From a bacterium (GTDB lineage Bacteria > UBA10199 > 2-02-FULL-44-16 > JAAZCA01), in the NCBI GenBank assembly GCA_963674695.2, contig CAXXGI010000002.1, positions 128,001 to 192,000 of the forward strand: a stretch of 64,000 bases of DNA, in the 5' to 3' direction. Under the pieces are notes generated by a model. The model searched no databases. It saw only the letters and a list, made by a program, of their open reading frames with translations, and was not told the DNA's origin. Shown here piece by piece: positions 26,871 through 37,224 of the stretch. How positions within the stretch are numbered: position 1 is the stretch's first letter; the number at the start of each line of letters is the position of its first letter. A program made the translations under genes and the position numbers.

Positions 26871-29799
26871 ATATTGTAAAAGATTGATAGAAGTAGATCT
26901 GCCTATAAAGCGGATATCTGTACATGCTCGAAGGGAAAAAAGCATTCGGCATGGACATATTTCAACGCTCCATATCTGGTGGGCAAGAAGGCCATTAGCC
27001 GCATGCCGCGCTGTAATATGCGCATCGCTCTGGCCTGATCCTGCAGATGAAAAGTGCCCTGAAAGATTTCGCAAGACGGCCAGAGAACAGATGACGAAAT
27101 GGGCAAAGGATCATCTGCGATTGCTCAGCGAAGAGAGTTGGACAAGGTTCGTCGCCATTTCAAAAGATGAGAGAAAACTGGATGATCCTGTCGAATTACG
27201 TGGAGCATTGCTCGATTTTATTACAGATTTTTCCAATTGGGATAATTCCACTAAATCAGAATATCTTGAGACCAGCCGACTTCTGACCCAGTCTGCACAC
27301 GAAGCCCTTGGGGGTGAGGCAGGTTCTCGTCCTTTAGTAGTCGATCCATTTGCTGGTGGTGGCTCCATCCCTCTTGAAGCCCTTCGTGTTGGAGCTGATG
27401 CTTTTGCTAGTGATCTAAACCCTGTGCCGGTATTGCTCAATAAGGTCATGCTTGAATATATTCCTAAATATGGGCAACGTCTTGCAGATGAAGTTCGTAT
27501 GTGGGGTAAGAGGATCAAGGAAAAGGCAGAAAAAGAACTTGCTGGCCTCTATCCCAATGACCCTGATGGTGCAATACCCACTGCATATATTTGGGCAAGG
27601 ACAATCCAATGTGAAGGCCCTAGTTGTGGTGCATGGATACCATTATTACGTTCAACTTTATTGTCAAAGCGTAGCGGACGCGAAGCATTTATTCAACTAT
27701 CTGTTGATAAAAAGAAATGTATTGTTAATTCGAAAGTCGTTTTTGGTGTACCAAGTAAAAATGATCTGAATAGCACAGTATCTCGAGGTAAGCCGACATG
27801 CCCTGTATGCGGCTATACAACTTCCTTGGATAATGTTAAAAAACAGTTTCGTTCTAGAAACGGTGGCACATTAGATGCTCGGCTTATGGCAGTTGTATTA
27901 AACAATGGGTTATTCCATGATCCAGGACAAACCGATAAAAAAGCAATCGCGAATGCGGCTACCAAACTTGATGCAATTAAAAAGGAATGGAACGGAGATT
28001 TATCCTTCGTACCTAATGAAGACACTACTCATTACCATACGTTTGTTAATAGAGCCTCTGTTTACGGTTTATCAACGTGGGAGGATTTTTACACAATCCG
28101 ACAGCGACTTGTATTGGGTACGCTTTGTCAACTAGTTTCCAATTTAGATTTATCTTCTCTTCAAGATTCTGATTTTGAAAAGGCGGTGCGAACATTGCTC
28201 GCTTTTTCAATTGATAGAGGCGCTGACTATTGGAGCTCATTAGCAACATGGGCAGGTGATTTTGTTGCCCATACATTTGGCAGGCAAGCCCTTCCTTTTG
28301 TTTGGGATTTTGCAGAGGTGAATCCATTTGCGGAAGCCTCAGGAAATTTTGCCGGAGCACTTGACTGGATAGCGCGTGTAGTTGAACGTGAATCTATCAG
28401 CCATTCACATCCCGGCCAAGTACTGCAGGGTAGTGCAACAGAATTAGCATTGCCTGACGATTCAGCAAGTGCTGTTATAACCGATCCACCATACTACTAC
28501 GCAATCCAGTACGCAGATTTATCGGACTATTTTTATGTTTGGTTACGTAGAAGCCTTGGATCACATTATCCATCTCTATTAAGTAACGATGAAACTCCGA
28601 AACAAGAGGAAGCAATAGTTCAATCTCCCGGAGATCAAGATGCGTTAGAAGGTAAAAACAGAGAACATTATGAGAGAATTATGCGCAAGGCATTACTTTC
28701 CTCTCGTCGAGTGGCTCAGCCGAATGGTGTAGCAGTAATAGTGTTTGCAAATGCCACAACTGCCGGTTGGGAATCACTATTAGATTCGGCAATTTCGCAA
28801 GGTTGGGTAATCACTGCCAGTTGGCCTATTGATACCGAACGGCCAGGGCGGGTTATTTCTTCGGGACGAGCTGTGCTTGCCTCCTCCGTTCATCTTGTTT
28901 GCCGTCCTCGTGAAAATCCTGACGGGTCTGTTCGCACGGATGATGTCGGCAATTGGCGTGATGTTCTTGAAGAACTCCCCAAACGTATCCACGAATGGAT
29001 GCCACGTCTTGCCGAGGAAGGTGTGGTCGGTGCAGATGCGATATTTGCTTGTCTGGGACCGGCACTGGAAATTTACTCCAAATATTCGTCGGTTGAAAAA
29101 GCCAGTGGTGAACAAGTTCTATTAAAGGAATATCTTATAGAGGTATGGGCGGCAGTATCACGTGAAGCGCTGGATATGATTTTTAGGGGAGCTGACGCGT
29201 CCGGCTTTGAAGAAGATGCACGTATAACCGCTATGTGGCTCTGGACGTTGCACACTGAATCCAACGGAAATTCGAGTGAAGAGAATAAGGTGCAATCCTC
29301 TCATGGTTATTCGTTGGAATACGATGCTGCCAGAAAAATTGCTCAGGGGCTTGGTGTGCACCTTGAGAACATGACAAATTTGATCGACATAAAAGGCGAT
29401 ACAGCCACACTGCTTCCAGTCGCTGGGCGAACGCGATACCTTTTTGGCAAAGATGCAGACGAAGTGCCCAAAGAAAAAAAGAAAAAGAAAATCGTTCAAC
29501 AATCCCTTTTCGATTTTGAAGAAGATCTCAAAGAAATCGAAAAGGAGGCGGGAAAGATATCCGGCGAGCTATCAGGCAAGCCGGGCACAACAGTTCTGGA
29601 TCAACTCCATCAATGTATGCTTCTCTTTGCTGCGGGGCGTGGCGAGGCGATGAAGCGCCTTCTTGTTGAAGAAGGCATAGGTCGCAATCCGCTTTTCTGG
29701 AGATTGGCGCAGGCTCTGTCTGCCCTGTATCCTTCAAGCACTGATGAAAAAAGGTGGGTGGATGGTGTCTTGGCACGCAAAAAGGGTCTGGGGTTGTAG
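26863..29799 (+). CDS. DUF1156 adenine DNA methyltransferase
   Basis: LHIWWARRPLAACRA, DPFAGGGSIPLEA, zinc ribbon, TDPPYY. Confidence 0.92.
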   Translation: MNEYCKRLIEVDLPIKRISVHARREKSIRHGHISTLHIWWARRPLAACRAVICASLWPDPADEKCPERFRKTAREQMTKWAKDHLRLLSEESWTRFVAISKDERKLDDPVELRGALLDFITDFSNWDNSTKSEYLETSRLLTQSAHEALGGEAGSRPLVVDPFAGGGSIPLEALRVGADAFASDLNPVPVLLNKVMLEYIPKYGQRLADEVRMWGKRIKEKAEKELAGLYPNDPDGAIPTAYIWARTIQCEGPSCGAWIPLLRSTLLSKRSGREAFIQLSVDKKKCIVNSKVVFGVPSKNDLNSTVSRGKPTCPVCGYTTSLDNVKKQFRSRNGGTLDARLMAVVLNNGLFHDPGQTDKKAIANAATKLDAIKKEWNGDLSFVPNEDTTHYHTFVNRASVYGLSTWEDFYTIRQRLVLGTLCQLVSNLDLSSLQDSDFEKAVRTLLAFSIDRGADYWSSLATWAGDFVAHTFGRQALPFVWDFAEVNPFAEASGNFAGALDWIARVVERESISHSHPGQVLQGSATELALPDDSASAVITDPPYYYAIQYADLSDYFYVWLRRSLGSHYPSLLSNDETPKQEEAIVQSPGDQDALEGKNREHYERIMRKALLSSRRVAQPNGVAVIVFANATTAGWESLLDSAISQGWVITASWPIDTERPGRVISSGRAVLASSVHLVCRPRENPDGSVRTDDVGNWRDVLEELPKRIHEWMPRLAEEGVVGADAIFACLGPALEIYSKYSSVEKASGEQVLLKEYLIEVWAAVSREALDMIFRGADASGFEEDARITAMWLWTLHTESNGNSSEENKVQSSHGYSLEYDAARKIAQGLGVHLENMTNLIDIKGDTATLLPVAGRTRYLFGKDADEVPKEKKKKKIVQQSLFDFEEDLKEIEKEAGKISGELSGKPGTTVLDQLHQCMLLFAAGRGEAMKRLLVEEGIGRNPLFWRLAQALSALYPSSTDEKRWVDGVLARKKGLGL

Positions 29800-29801
29800 A
29801 T

Positions 29802-30380
29802 ATGATCAACATGGAACACTGGAAAGAGGATTTCTTTAAGACCGTAGTTGCGGACAAGTATGTAAATAATTTGAAGAAGGCTTCTTTAAATGGTGATCTT
29901 AAACAGTGGACAAAATTACTGACGAATGTCGTCGTCAATGTATGTAATCGCACTGGTTGGGCAGTAGCCGCAAAGGGACACCGGTTGGATGTCGTACCTG
30001 AGCCTCGAGAGGAATATTTCGGCATCGATGTTATGGCTTTTGAAAAATTGGAATTGCCTTGGTTATTTCCCATCGCTGCGATAGAGCTGGAAAATAGCCA
30101 GAAGGACGACAGGATATGCTATTCACTTTGGAAAACGCTGAACGTGGATGCACAGATTCGTATTGTATTTTGCTATCGAGCTGAAATGGATGAAGGGACA
30201 CACCTTGTAAAGTATCTTGCCGATCAAGTTCTTTCGTCTATGAGCATTGAGCGCCGTTCAAAATTAAGCGGTGAAACATTTATTGTTGTTGGCTATCGTA
30301 ACAGGGCAGAGACATTTCCATATAGCTTTTTTAAATGGTGGATAATGAACGGTAACACGGCCCAATTTGAACAGTATTAA
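29802..30380 (+). CDS. Putative restriction-endonuclease-fold protein
   Basis: EYFGIDVMAF...AAIELEN...LWK resembles a PD-(D/E)xE variant. Confidence 0.55.
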   Translation: MINMEHWKEDFFKTVVADKYVNNLKKASLNGDLKQWTKLLTNVVVNVCNRTGWAVAAKGHRLDVVPEPREEYFGIDVMAFEKLELPWLFPIAAIELENSQKDDRICYSLWKTLNVDAQIRIVFCYRAEMDEGTHLVKYLADQVLSSMSIERRSKLSGETFIVVGYRNRAETFPYSFFKWWIMNGNTAQFEQY

Positions 30381-30393
30381 AGAAAGGATTTTT

Positions 30394-33339
30394 ATGTCCA
30401 AGCTAAAACCCTGGTATAAAGTCGTTACTCCGCGTGAAGATCTGCGCGAGGGCAAACCACTCGATGCGTCCGAATTTGCTGTTCATCTCGATCAGGTTCG
30501 AGATGGCAGAGCAAATAATGACTATCAAAATCCAGCCCGGTTTTTTGAAAGGACATTTTTGACCAAAAGCCTGCTACAGATGTCTTCTGAAGTGGTGCGA
30601 AGACTATCAGGTGAAAAAACAGAAACCTCGGCCGTGTTTAATATGGCTACGCAATTCGGTGGCGGTAAAACACACGCCTTAACACTGCTATACCATTTGG
30701 CCTCTAACGGACAAAAATCGCGCAAATGGACAGGTGTATCCACTATCCTTGAAAGTGCAGGCATCAAAGAAGTTCCAGAATCGGCTACAGCCGTATTTGT
30801 TGGAACTGAATTCGATTCATTGCATGGCCGTGGAGGCGATAATGGCGAGCCTATACGAAAAACCCCTTGGGGTGAAATAGCGTTCCAGCTCTCTGGTGAA
30901 GAGGGCCTTAAAGCCATAGCCGCACATGAAGAGAAACTCATTGCTCCTGCCGGCGATGCAATACGGAAATTTCTGCCGAAGGACAAACCTAGTCTTATCC
31001 TTATCGACGAGCTACTAAACTATATCAGCCGTAATCGCAAAAGTGGCCTGAGTGCCCAGCTATATAATTTTATCCAGAACCTTTCTGAGGAAGTTCGCGG
31101 CAATGACAATGTTGTACTTGTTGTTTCTATTCCCGCTTCGGAATTTGAAATGACGGCAGAGGACAGGTCGGATTATGAGCGTTTCAAAAAGGTGCTGGAT
31201 CGCTTGGGAAAAGCAGTCATCATGTCTGCTGAATCAGAAACCTCCGAAATTATAAGAAGACGGCTGTTTGAATGGGATACAAGAGCAGTCGGCGGAGATG
31301 GACGGATACTGCTTACTGGTGATGCAATCGCCACTTGCAACGAATATGCGGATTGGCTGGGTGATAATCGGCCACAAATACCGAGCTGGTTTTCCATTGA
31401 TCATGCAAAAGAGCAATTTCAAGCCACCTATCCGTTTCATCCCATGGTTTTATCAGTCTTCGAGAGAAAGTGGCAAGCGCTGCCACGATTTCAGCAGACG
31501 AGAGGAGTCTTGCGTCTTCTCGCACTATGGGTTTCCAAAGCCTATCAAGAAGGATTCAAAGGTGCACAAAAGGACGCATTGATAGATTTGGGTACCGCGC
31601 CGCTAGACGATCCGCAATTTCGATCCGCAGTATTTGAACAGATGGGAGAGTCTCGCTTGGAAGGTGCTCTTACGACAGATATATGTGGGAAAAGAGACTC
31701 CCATGCAATTCGCTTGGATCAAGAAGCCGTCGATACAATAAAGAAGGCTCAGATTCACAAGAAGGTGGCAACCACCATATTCTTTGAATCAAATGGCGGC
31801 CAGACAAAAGATGATGCGAGTCTTCCCGAGGTACGATTGGCTGTGGCCGGTCCAGATACGGACATTGGCAATGTTGAAACTGCTTTGGAAGGGCTGACGG
31901 ACAATTGCTATTATCTCACATCCGAAAAGAACCGCTACCGCTTCAGTCTAAAAGAGAATCTCAATAAACGTTTTTCCGATCGCAGGGCCAGCGTTAAAGT
32001 ACAGGACATCGATCGGCGAGTACGCGATGAGATACAGAGCGTTTTTCTAGCCACCGAAGGGGTTGAGCGCATTTTCTTTCCGGATAAGAGCGGCCAGATA
32101 CCGGATCGCCCAGTCATTACAATGGTAGTCATGGGGCCGGATCGTTCGATTCAAGAATCTCCAGATGTAAAAAAAGATATTGAAGGCATGATAAAGGAGT
32201 ATGGGAAATCTGCCCGTACCTTTAAGAGCGCTTTATTATGGGTTGTCCCCGAGTCTGGTGACCAGCTACATGATGAAGCGCGAAATCAGATAGCGTGGGA
32301 AGACATCCGAGATGAAGGTTTAAACCTAGATGAACCGCAGCGAAAACAACTTGAAATTAGCATCAAAAAGGCACGCCGCGATTTGACTGAGAGCGTATGG
32401 AGAACCTACAAAAATATAATATACCTTGGGAAGGACAACCAAATCGAAACGACCGATCTGGGGCTCGTGACATCAAGCGCTGCAGATTCTTTGACAAATC
32501 TTATTGTATCAGCGCTACGTCAAAAGGATATCGTCGCAAAGGACGTCCCTCCGCGTTATCTTGTCCGGAGCTGGCCTCCGGCATTTACTGAATGGAGCAC
32601 CAAGGCAGTCAGGGATGCTTTCTTTGCCTCGCCACAGTTTCCAAGGCTTCTATATCCGGCCACCATTAAGGAAACTATAGCTCGAGGGGTATCTGAGGGG
32701 CTCATCGCCTATGCCGTTAAGTCTCCCAAGGGTGGCTATGATCCGCTTGCATTCAATAAGATGATGGATGCCTCTGATATTGAGTTGTCCGAGGATACTT
32801 TTATCTTACAAGCCTCGGAAGCCGAAAAGCATATTGAACCTCCCAAACTAGCTCGAATACTCGTTTTGCCGGAGAATGCCAGAATCAAGCCCGGCACAAA
32901 ACAGACATTTACAATCGAAGGCTTGGATCAGTTTAATCGTCCCATAGAAGCCAGTGGTTTCGAATGGAGCGCAACAGGCGGCACAATCGACGTAGACGGA
33001 GTTTTTACTGCAGGTGCGGATGAAGGCAATTTTCTTGTATCTGTTAAGGCACAGAATGTAGCCGGCACTGCCGGTCTGAATATCAGTAAAGAAGAAACAA
33101 AACATGTTCCGCTGCCACCCAAGGGGCCTAACTCTTTCTCATGGAGCGGAGACGTAGCGCCCCAAAAGTGGACAAATCTTTACATGAAGGTGCTGAGTAA
33201 ACTCGTTTCAAAGGGCGACCTCAAGATCAATGTCAGCATAGAAGCAACGTTGAAAGAGCCAGCATCTGAACAACAGATGGACGAAATCAAAGCCGCCCTG
33301 CGTGGGTTGGGGTTGGATGATGAGATCAATGTTGGATAA
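30394..33339 (+). CDS. DUF499 (BrxC-related) AAA+ ATPase with C-terminal Ig-like domain
   Basis: LKPWYKVVTPREDL, EFAVHL, TQFGGGKTH, LIDEL, YPFHP, FQQTRGVLR. Confidence 0.92.
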   Translation: MSKLKPWYKVVTPREDLREGKPLDASEFAVHLDQVRDGRANNDYQNPARFFERTFLTKSLLQMSSEVVRRLSGEKTETSAVFNMATQFGGGKTHALTLLYHLASNGQKSRKWTGVSTILESAGIKEVPESATAVFVGTEFDSLHGRGGDNGEPIRKTPWGEIAFQLSGEEGLKAIAAHEEKLIAPAGDAIRKFLPKDKPSLILIDELLNYISRNRKSGLSAQLYNFIQNLSEEVRGNDNVVLVVSIPASEFEMTAEDRSDYERFKKVLDRLGKAVIMSAESETSEIIRRRLFEWDTRAVGGDGRILLTGDAIATCNEYADWLGDNRPQIPSWFSIDHAKEQFQATYPFHPMVLSVFERKWQALPRFQQTRGVLRLLALWVSKAYQEGFKGAQKDALIDLGTAPLDDPQFRSAVFEQMGESRLEGALTTDICGKRDSHAIRLDQEAVDTIKKAQIHKKVATTIFFESNGGQTKDDASLPEVRLAVAGPDTDIGNVETALEGLTDNCYYLTSEKNRYRFSLKENLNKRFSDRRASVKVQDIDRRVRDEIQSVFLATEGVERIFFPDKSGQIPDRPVITMVVMGPDRSIQESPDVKKDIEGMIKEYGKSARTFKSALLWVVPESGDQLHDEARNQIAWEDIRDEGLNLDEPQRKQLEISIKKARRDLTESVWRTYKNIIYLGKDNQIETTDLGLVTSSAADSLTNLIVSALRQKDIVAKDVPPRYLVRSWPPAFTEWSTKAVRDAFFASPQFPRLLYPATIKETIARGVSEGLIAYAVKSPKGGYDPLAFNKMMDASDIELSEDTFILQASEAEKHIEPPKLARILVLPENARIKPGTKQTFTIEGLDQFNRPIEASGFEWSATGGTIDVDGVFTAGADEGNFLVSVKAQNVAGTAGLNISKEETKHVPLPPKGPNSFSWSGDVAPQKWTNLYMKVLSKLVSKGDLKINVSIEATLKEPASEQQMDEIKAALRGLGLDDEINVG

Positions 33340-33364
33340 AGTTCACCATGTATAGAGGATAGTT

Positions 33365-35758
33365 GTGAATGAAACTACCAAGACAATTACTGTTAATAGA
33401 CGATTGCGCCCAATACGTTTAGCTTTTCTCATCGAACCGAAGGATAAACAAACACTCCGTAAAATATTGCAGATCAACACCTGTCTTTGGGGTGGACGAT
33501 TTAATGCAATCATCCCAGTGTATAAGAGAACTCCCAAATCGTGGGGAGACAAATATATTCGTCCACCAGCTGCCAAAGAGGTTCTTTCCGGTTATATTGA
33601 TGCATTTGAACCAGATTATCTTGTAGTTCCTAATTCCGAATATAAGATAAGGCCACAATTTCCTGAAGATCGTGTAATAACATTAAAAGACATCCTCGAT
33701 CCCAGCGCAGACAATCCCATCGGTTTTGGCATAGATGTCATTGAGCTCTTTTCGTATCTCTATGAAAAAGAATTCCAGTTTGTCAGAAGACATCCTCATG
33801 AAGTCATACTTTTAAAGTCGAAATATCGTCAAATGGACATTTTCAAAGCAGCCTGTTTCGGTGAGTTTCCGAAAGCTAGGGAATTAGCATATCTAGTAAA
33901 TGGCTATAAAGACGCCTTTGATGCTAAGGAAATGGATTTAAACGAGAGTAATCTTTTTCAGTTTTTCAAAACGAATAAATTTACTCCACTTCGACTAGCC
34001 TGTGATGGTATTTCAGTCCATGATAGAGGGTGGTCATTAGGGCCATCACTATTTTACATGGATGGCACATCTCCGCTTGATCTAATCGATTATTGGAATT
34101 TACGAGCCGCCGGATACAGGATAGTACCCTTACCTAGTCAGTGGGCTCCTAATCTTGTCGACGATTGCACAGATTTTATAACGCAAAATCATCGTCCATA
34201 TAGACACAACAAAGAAATGATGCATATGACGACGATGATATGCTCGAGGTCATCCAAATTTGAAGATGTTCAAAATTATGCAAAAACGCTCAAGACGCCA
34301 AGGGGGGCATTATCTTGCCAACACTGGTATCCGCGCATATGGGATGAATGGGCACGTGATAAAGATCACGTAGTGAGAGCAAATGTAACATATAAAGAGG
34401 GCGATATCGATGTTCAGTCGTCAAATCACAGAATAAATTTCCCTGATATCTCACCGGCATTTGTAGAACGATTTGGTGGAAGAAGTACTCCGCGTTGGGT
34501 GAACGTAATTCAGCTCAGTGATTATTCTCATTCGCCTGATTTTGCTGCAGTCATCCCACCTAATACACCTGATCTTGATAAAATATTAGAAACATTAGAT
34601 CGAAATGGCGTGTGGTCAACTAGCGAAGGCATAATTATCCCATCTCAACATTTCAAGTGGACACATCGATGGAATCTTCCAACCGCTACCGAAATATTTT
34701 CTGGTTGGATGACAGCGAAGGGATTTCAGTTTCAAACATCAAGCGCTGGCAATATCACATCACAGATCGTGCGATGTCTAGGTGGATCATGGGGCATATC
34801 TGCTATTGCTGATGATGAGATAATTTATTTGCTAAACAAAATGGCCAGCGGTAGTACCGTGAATATAAAACAATGGATGGGTCTTCTTAAAAAAACAAGC
34901 AGAAATCATGCTACTATTGCCCAAAGGCGTCTAAAACATTTGCTGGCCCATAAAGTCCTTCAACTTGGTTTGAGAATTCAATGTTGTTATTGTTCTCAAC
35001 ATACGTGGTATTCACTAGATGCTGTACGTGAAACATTAACATGTGAAAAATGCTTACAGTCTTTTGATTTTCCTGTGGACGCGCCGCCAAAGGATAGCTG
35101 GCACTATCGTACCATAGGCCCGTTTTCAGTACCCAATTTTGCTCAGGGTGGTTATTGCGTAGCTATTGTATTACGCTTTTTCAGTCATACCCTTCACTCG
35201 GAGGTATCATGGATGCCTTCGTTTACACTGCAGGGGAAAGACATTCAATTAGAATCTGACTTTGGAGTTTTCTGGCAGCAGTCCAAGTATCAGAGAAGTG
35301 AGCCGATACTTATACTAGGTGAATGCAAAACGTATGACCGATTTGAGAAAAAGGACATAGATCGTGCTCGAAAACTAGCTGAGATTTTCCCCGGAGCAGT
35401 CTTTGCGTTTTGCACCTTAAGAAAAGAATTGGATGCACCTGAAAAGAAAAAGATTGCGGCGTTTGCAAAAAGGGGTCGCAGATATTGGAAGTCTGAGAAA
35501 TGGTATAATCCTGTCTTAGTTCTAACTGGTATTGAGCTATTTAGTGATTTTGGTCCCCCACATTGCTGGAAAGACGCTGGTGGCAAGTATAGTACGCATG
35601 GTGAGTCCTACCATGGCTACAACGATATACAGGAACTATGCGATGCAACACAGCAACTGCATTTGGATATGGAACCATATTGGACGTGGTATCATAAAAA
35701 GGTTGAAAAACAAAAACGCCGCCGCAATATGATAGCCAAGCAGAAAACATCTACATGA
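33365..35758 (+). CDS. Large hypothetical protein with zinc ribbon and C-terminal PD-(D/E)XK-like nuclease
   Basis: CCYC...CEKC; ESDFG...LGECKT; GTG start with SD GAGGA. Confidence 0.7.
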   Translation: MNETTKTITVNRRLRPIRLAFLIEPKDKQTLRKILQINTCLWGGRFNAIIPVYKRTPKSWGDKYIRPPAAKEVLSGYIDAFEPDYLVVPNSEYKIRPQFPEDRVITLKDILDPSADNPIGFGIDVIELFSYLYEKEFQFVRRHPHEVILLKSKYRQMDIFKAACFGEFPKARELAYLVNGYKDAFDAKEMDLNESNLFQFFKTNKFTPLRLACDGISVHDRGWSLGPSLFYMDGTSPLDLIDYWNLRAAGYRIVPLPSQWAPNLVDDCTDFITQNHRPYRHNKEMMHMTTMICSRSSKFEDVQNYAKTLKTPRGALSCQHWYPRIWDEWARDKDHVVRANVTYKEGDIDVQSSNHRINFPDISPAFVERFGGRSTPRWVNVIQLSDYSHSPDFAAVIPPNTPDLDKILETLDRNGVWSTSEGIIIPSQHFKWTHRWNLPTATEIFSGWMTAKGFQFQTSSAGNITSQIVRCLGGSWGISAIADDEIIYLLNKMASGSTVNIKQWMGLLKKTSRNHATIAQRRLKHLLAHKVLQLGLRIQCCYCSQHTWYSLDAVRETLTCEKCLQSFDFPVDAPPKDSWHYRTIGPFSVPNFAQGGYCVAIVLRFFSHTLHSEVSWMPSFTLQGKDIQLESDFGVFWQQSKYQRSEPILILGECKTYDRFEKKDIDRARKLAEIFPGAVFAFCTLRKELDAPEKKKIAAFAKRGRRYWKSEKWYNPVLVLTGIELFSDFGPPHCWKDAGGKYSTHGESYHGYNDIQELCDATQQLHLDMEPYWTWYHKKVEKQKRRRNMIAKQKTST

Positions 35759-35773
35759 TTTGATGCAGACAAA

Positions 35774-37210
35774 TTAAGAGACAGTTTCTTGATTTTTGAG
35801 AAACCTTTCTAAAATATCTTCTATGGGCATTGGTTCAATACGTATCTTTTGAAATAGTTCATCGACACTCATGCCAAGTGATTCGAGATCAATATCGCCA
35901 TCTCGCAAAGGCAGGGTATTGATTTTTTTGATCAGTTCCCGGGTACGTTCTTCTTGGTGTTTTTTCATAAAGTCTTGCAACTCGGTTAAATCGTTACCAT
36001 GGCTCCGTGCCCACTCTGTATATTTTTTCAAAACAGTATCGCGTTTGGTACGAATGATTCCAGCTGTTCGATCAAAATAATCCGTTGCCGATAAATCTGT
36101 CAGGATAATTTGTGGAGCTAAATGCAAAAGGAATGCCGGGATTGCCGTAATTCCGGGGGCAACAATTTCGAGTTTCCGCCCAGCGCTAAATTCCAACCAT
36201 TCCCTTATGATAACGTTAATATGGATATCGGCAAAACCGTATCCAATACAAATCAGCGAAGTTACATGGTTTATGTTAGATCGAAAATGCTTAAGCAAAT
36301 TATGCGGCAGAACTTGGCTTTGCCGAGTATCAAATTTGAAAGCCCCTGCCAACAATGACCTACGGAGAAACTGCATTTCTCCAGTACGATCAGAGTATGT
36401 GATTTCATTTGTTGTTTTAACTGGTTGTCCATGTTGGAGTGGATGAAGGAAAAGCAATTCCTCATTGGCAATGCGTAATGACTCAATCACTCCTGAAAGA
36501 GTTGGATTAATTGGAAGAAGTTTGAGTAGGTCTTTCCCATCATTAAATGCAAAGACATCCAGAGCACCATGAATTTTCAACAGGTTGATTCCCGAAGAGC
36601 CAGACTTTAAGAAAGGCATGGCTCCATTTTCAATCTGTTCTCCAGCAATTATTTCTGCTCTCAATTCGCCAATGATTTCACCAGACTTGTTCCTTCGTGG
36701 CAGCGTCATAGTCTCGGTCGTAAACCCAGAATTCAATGTAATGCTATATTTTGCACTCACGCACTCAATAATGAGATCGTGGTTTAGTGAGAAGATCCAT
36801 AGGGGATTGTTTTTTTCTGCAAGAGATACAATTCCCTCAAAATAGCCAAGGTTATTTTGAATGTACGCAACATTATTTGTATGTCGAAAATAAAGTATGT
36901 AATAGATCATCTCCACCATCCAGGCATATAGACCGTGATAGTCGTGTTTTAATGGTGAAAGACGTCGAAATTGAGTTTCCAAGTGACCGAGAATACTTTC
37001 GTAATGTTGACCATCTAGGAGGAGCATATTTGAAAGATCATCGATCACAGCATTAGAATAACCGCCTTGCTTATCTTTCCACACTTTATTAAGTGCTCGT
37101 AATTTCTCTGGTGTGAGCCATGCCTTTAATTCGGAGGTAAGATCTTTAACAAGAGGCATTCCAATTTCATAAGAGGCGCCCGCACCAATCAGAAGACCAG
37201 TGAGATTCAT
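35774..37210 (-). CDS. SIR2-like (SIR2_2) NADase-domain protein
   Basis: LIGAGAS...GMP, SLNHDL, LKIHGAL, IGYGFADIHIN. Confidence 0.85.
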   Translation of the reverse strand: MNLTGLLIGAGASYEIGMPLVKDLTSELKAWLTPEKLRALNKVWKDKQGGYSNAVIDDLSNMLLLDGQHYESILGHLETQFRRLSPLKHDYHGLYAWMVEMIYYILYFRHTNNVAYIQNNLGYFEGIVSLAEKNNPLWIFSLNHDLIIECVSAKYSITLNSGFTTETMTLPRRNKSGEIIGELRAEIIAGEQIENGAMPFLKSGSSGINLLKIHGALDVFAFNDGKDLLKLLPINPTLSGVIESLRIANEELLFLHPLQHGQPVKTTNEITYSDRTGEMQFLRRSLLAGAFKFDTRQSQVLPHNLLKHFRSNINHVTSLICIGYGFADIHINVIIREWLEFSAGRKLEIVAPGITAIPAFLLHLAPQIILTDLSATDYFDRTAGIIRTKRDTVLKKYTEWARSHGNDLTELQDFMKKHQEERTRELIKKINTLPLRDGDIDLESLGMSVDELFQKIRIEPMPIEDILERFLKNQETVS

Positions 37211-37224
37211 AAAAAATTATCCCC

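Noticed and set aside
23418-33339. Canonical BREX or DISARM
   Set aside because: No PglZ, BrxL, DUF1998 or PLD genes; methyltransferase is DUF1156 type
35774-37210. Thoeris, SIR2-HerA or SIR2-Argonaute system
   Set aside because: No TIR, HerA or Argonaute partner adjacent
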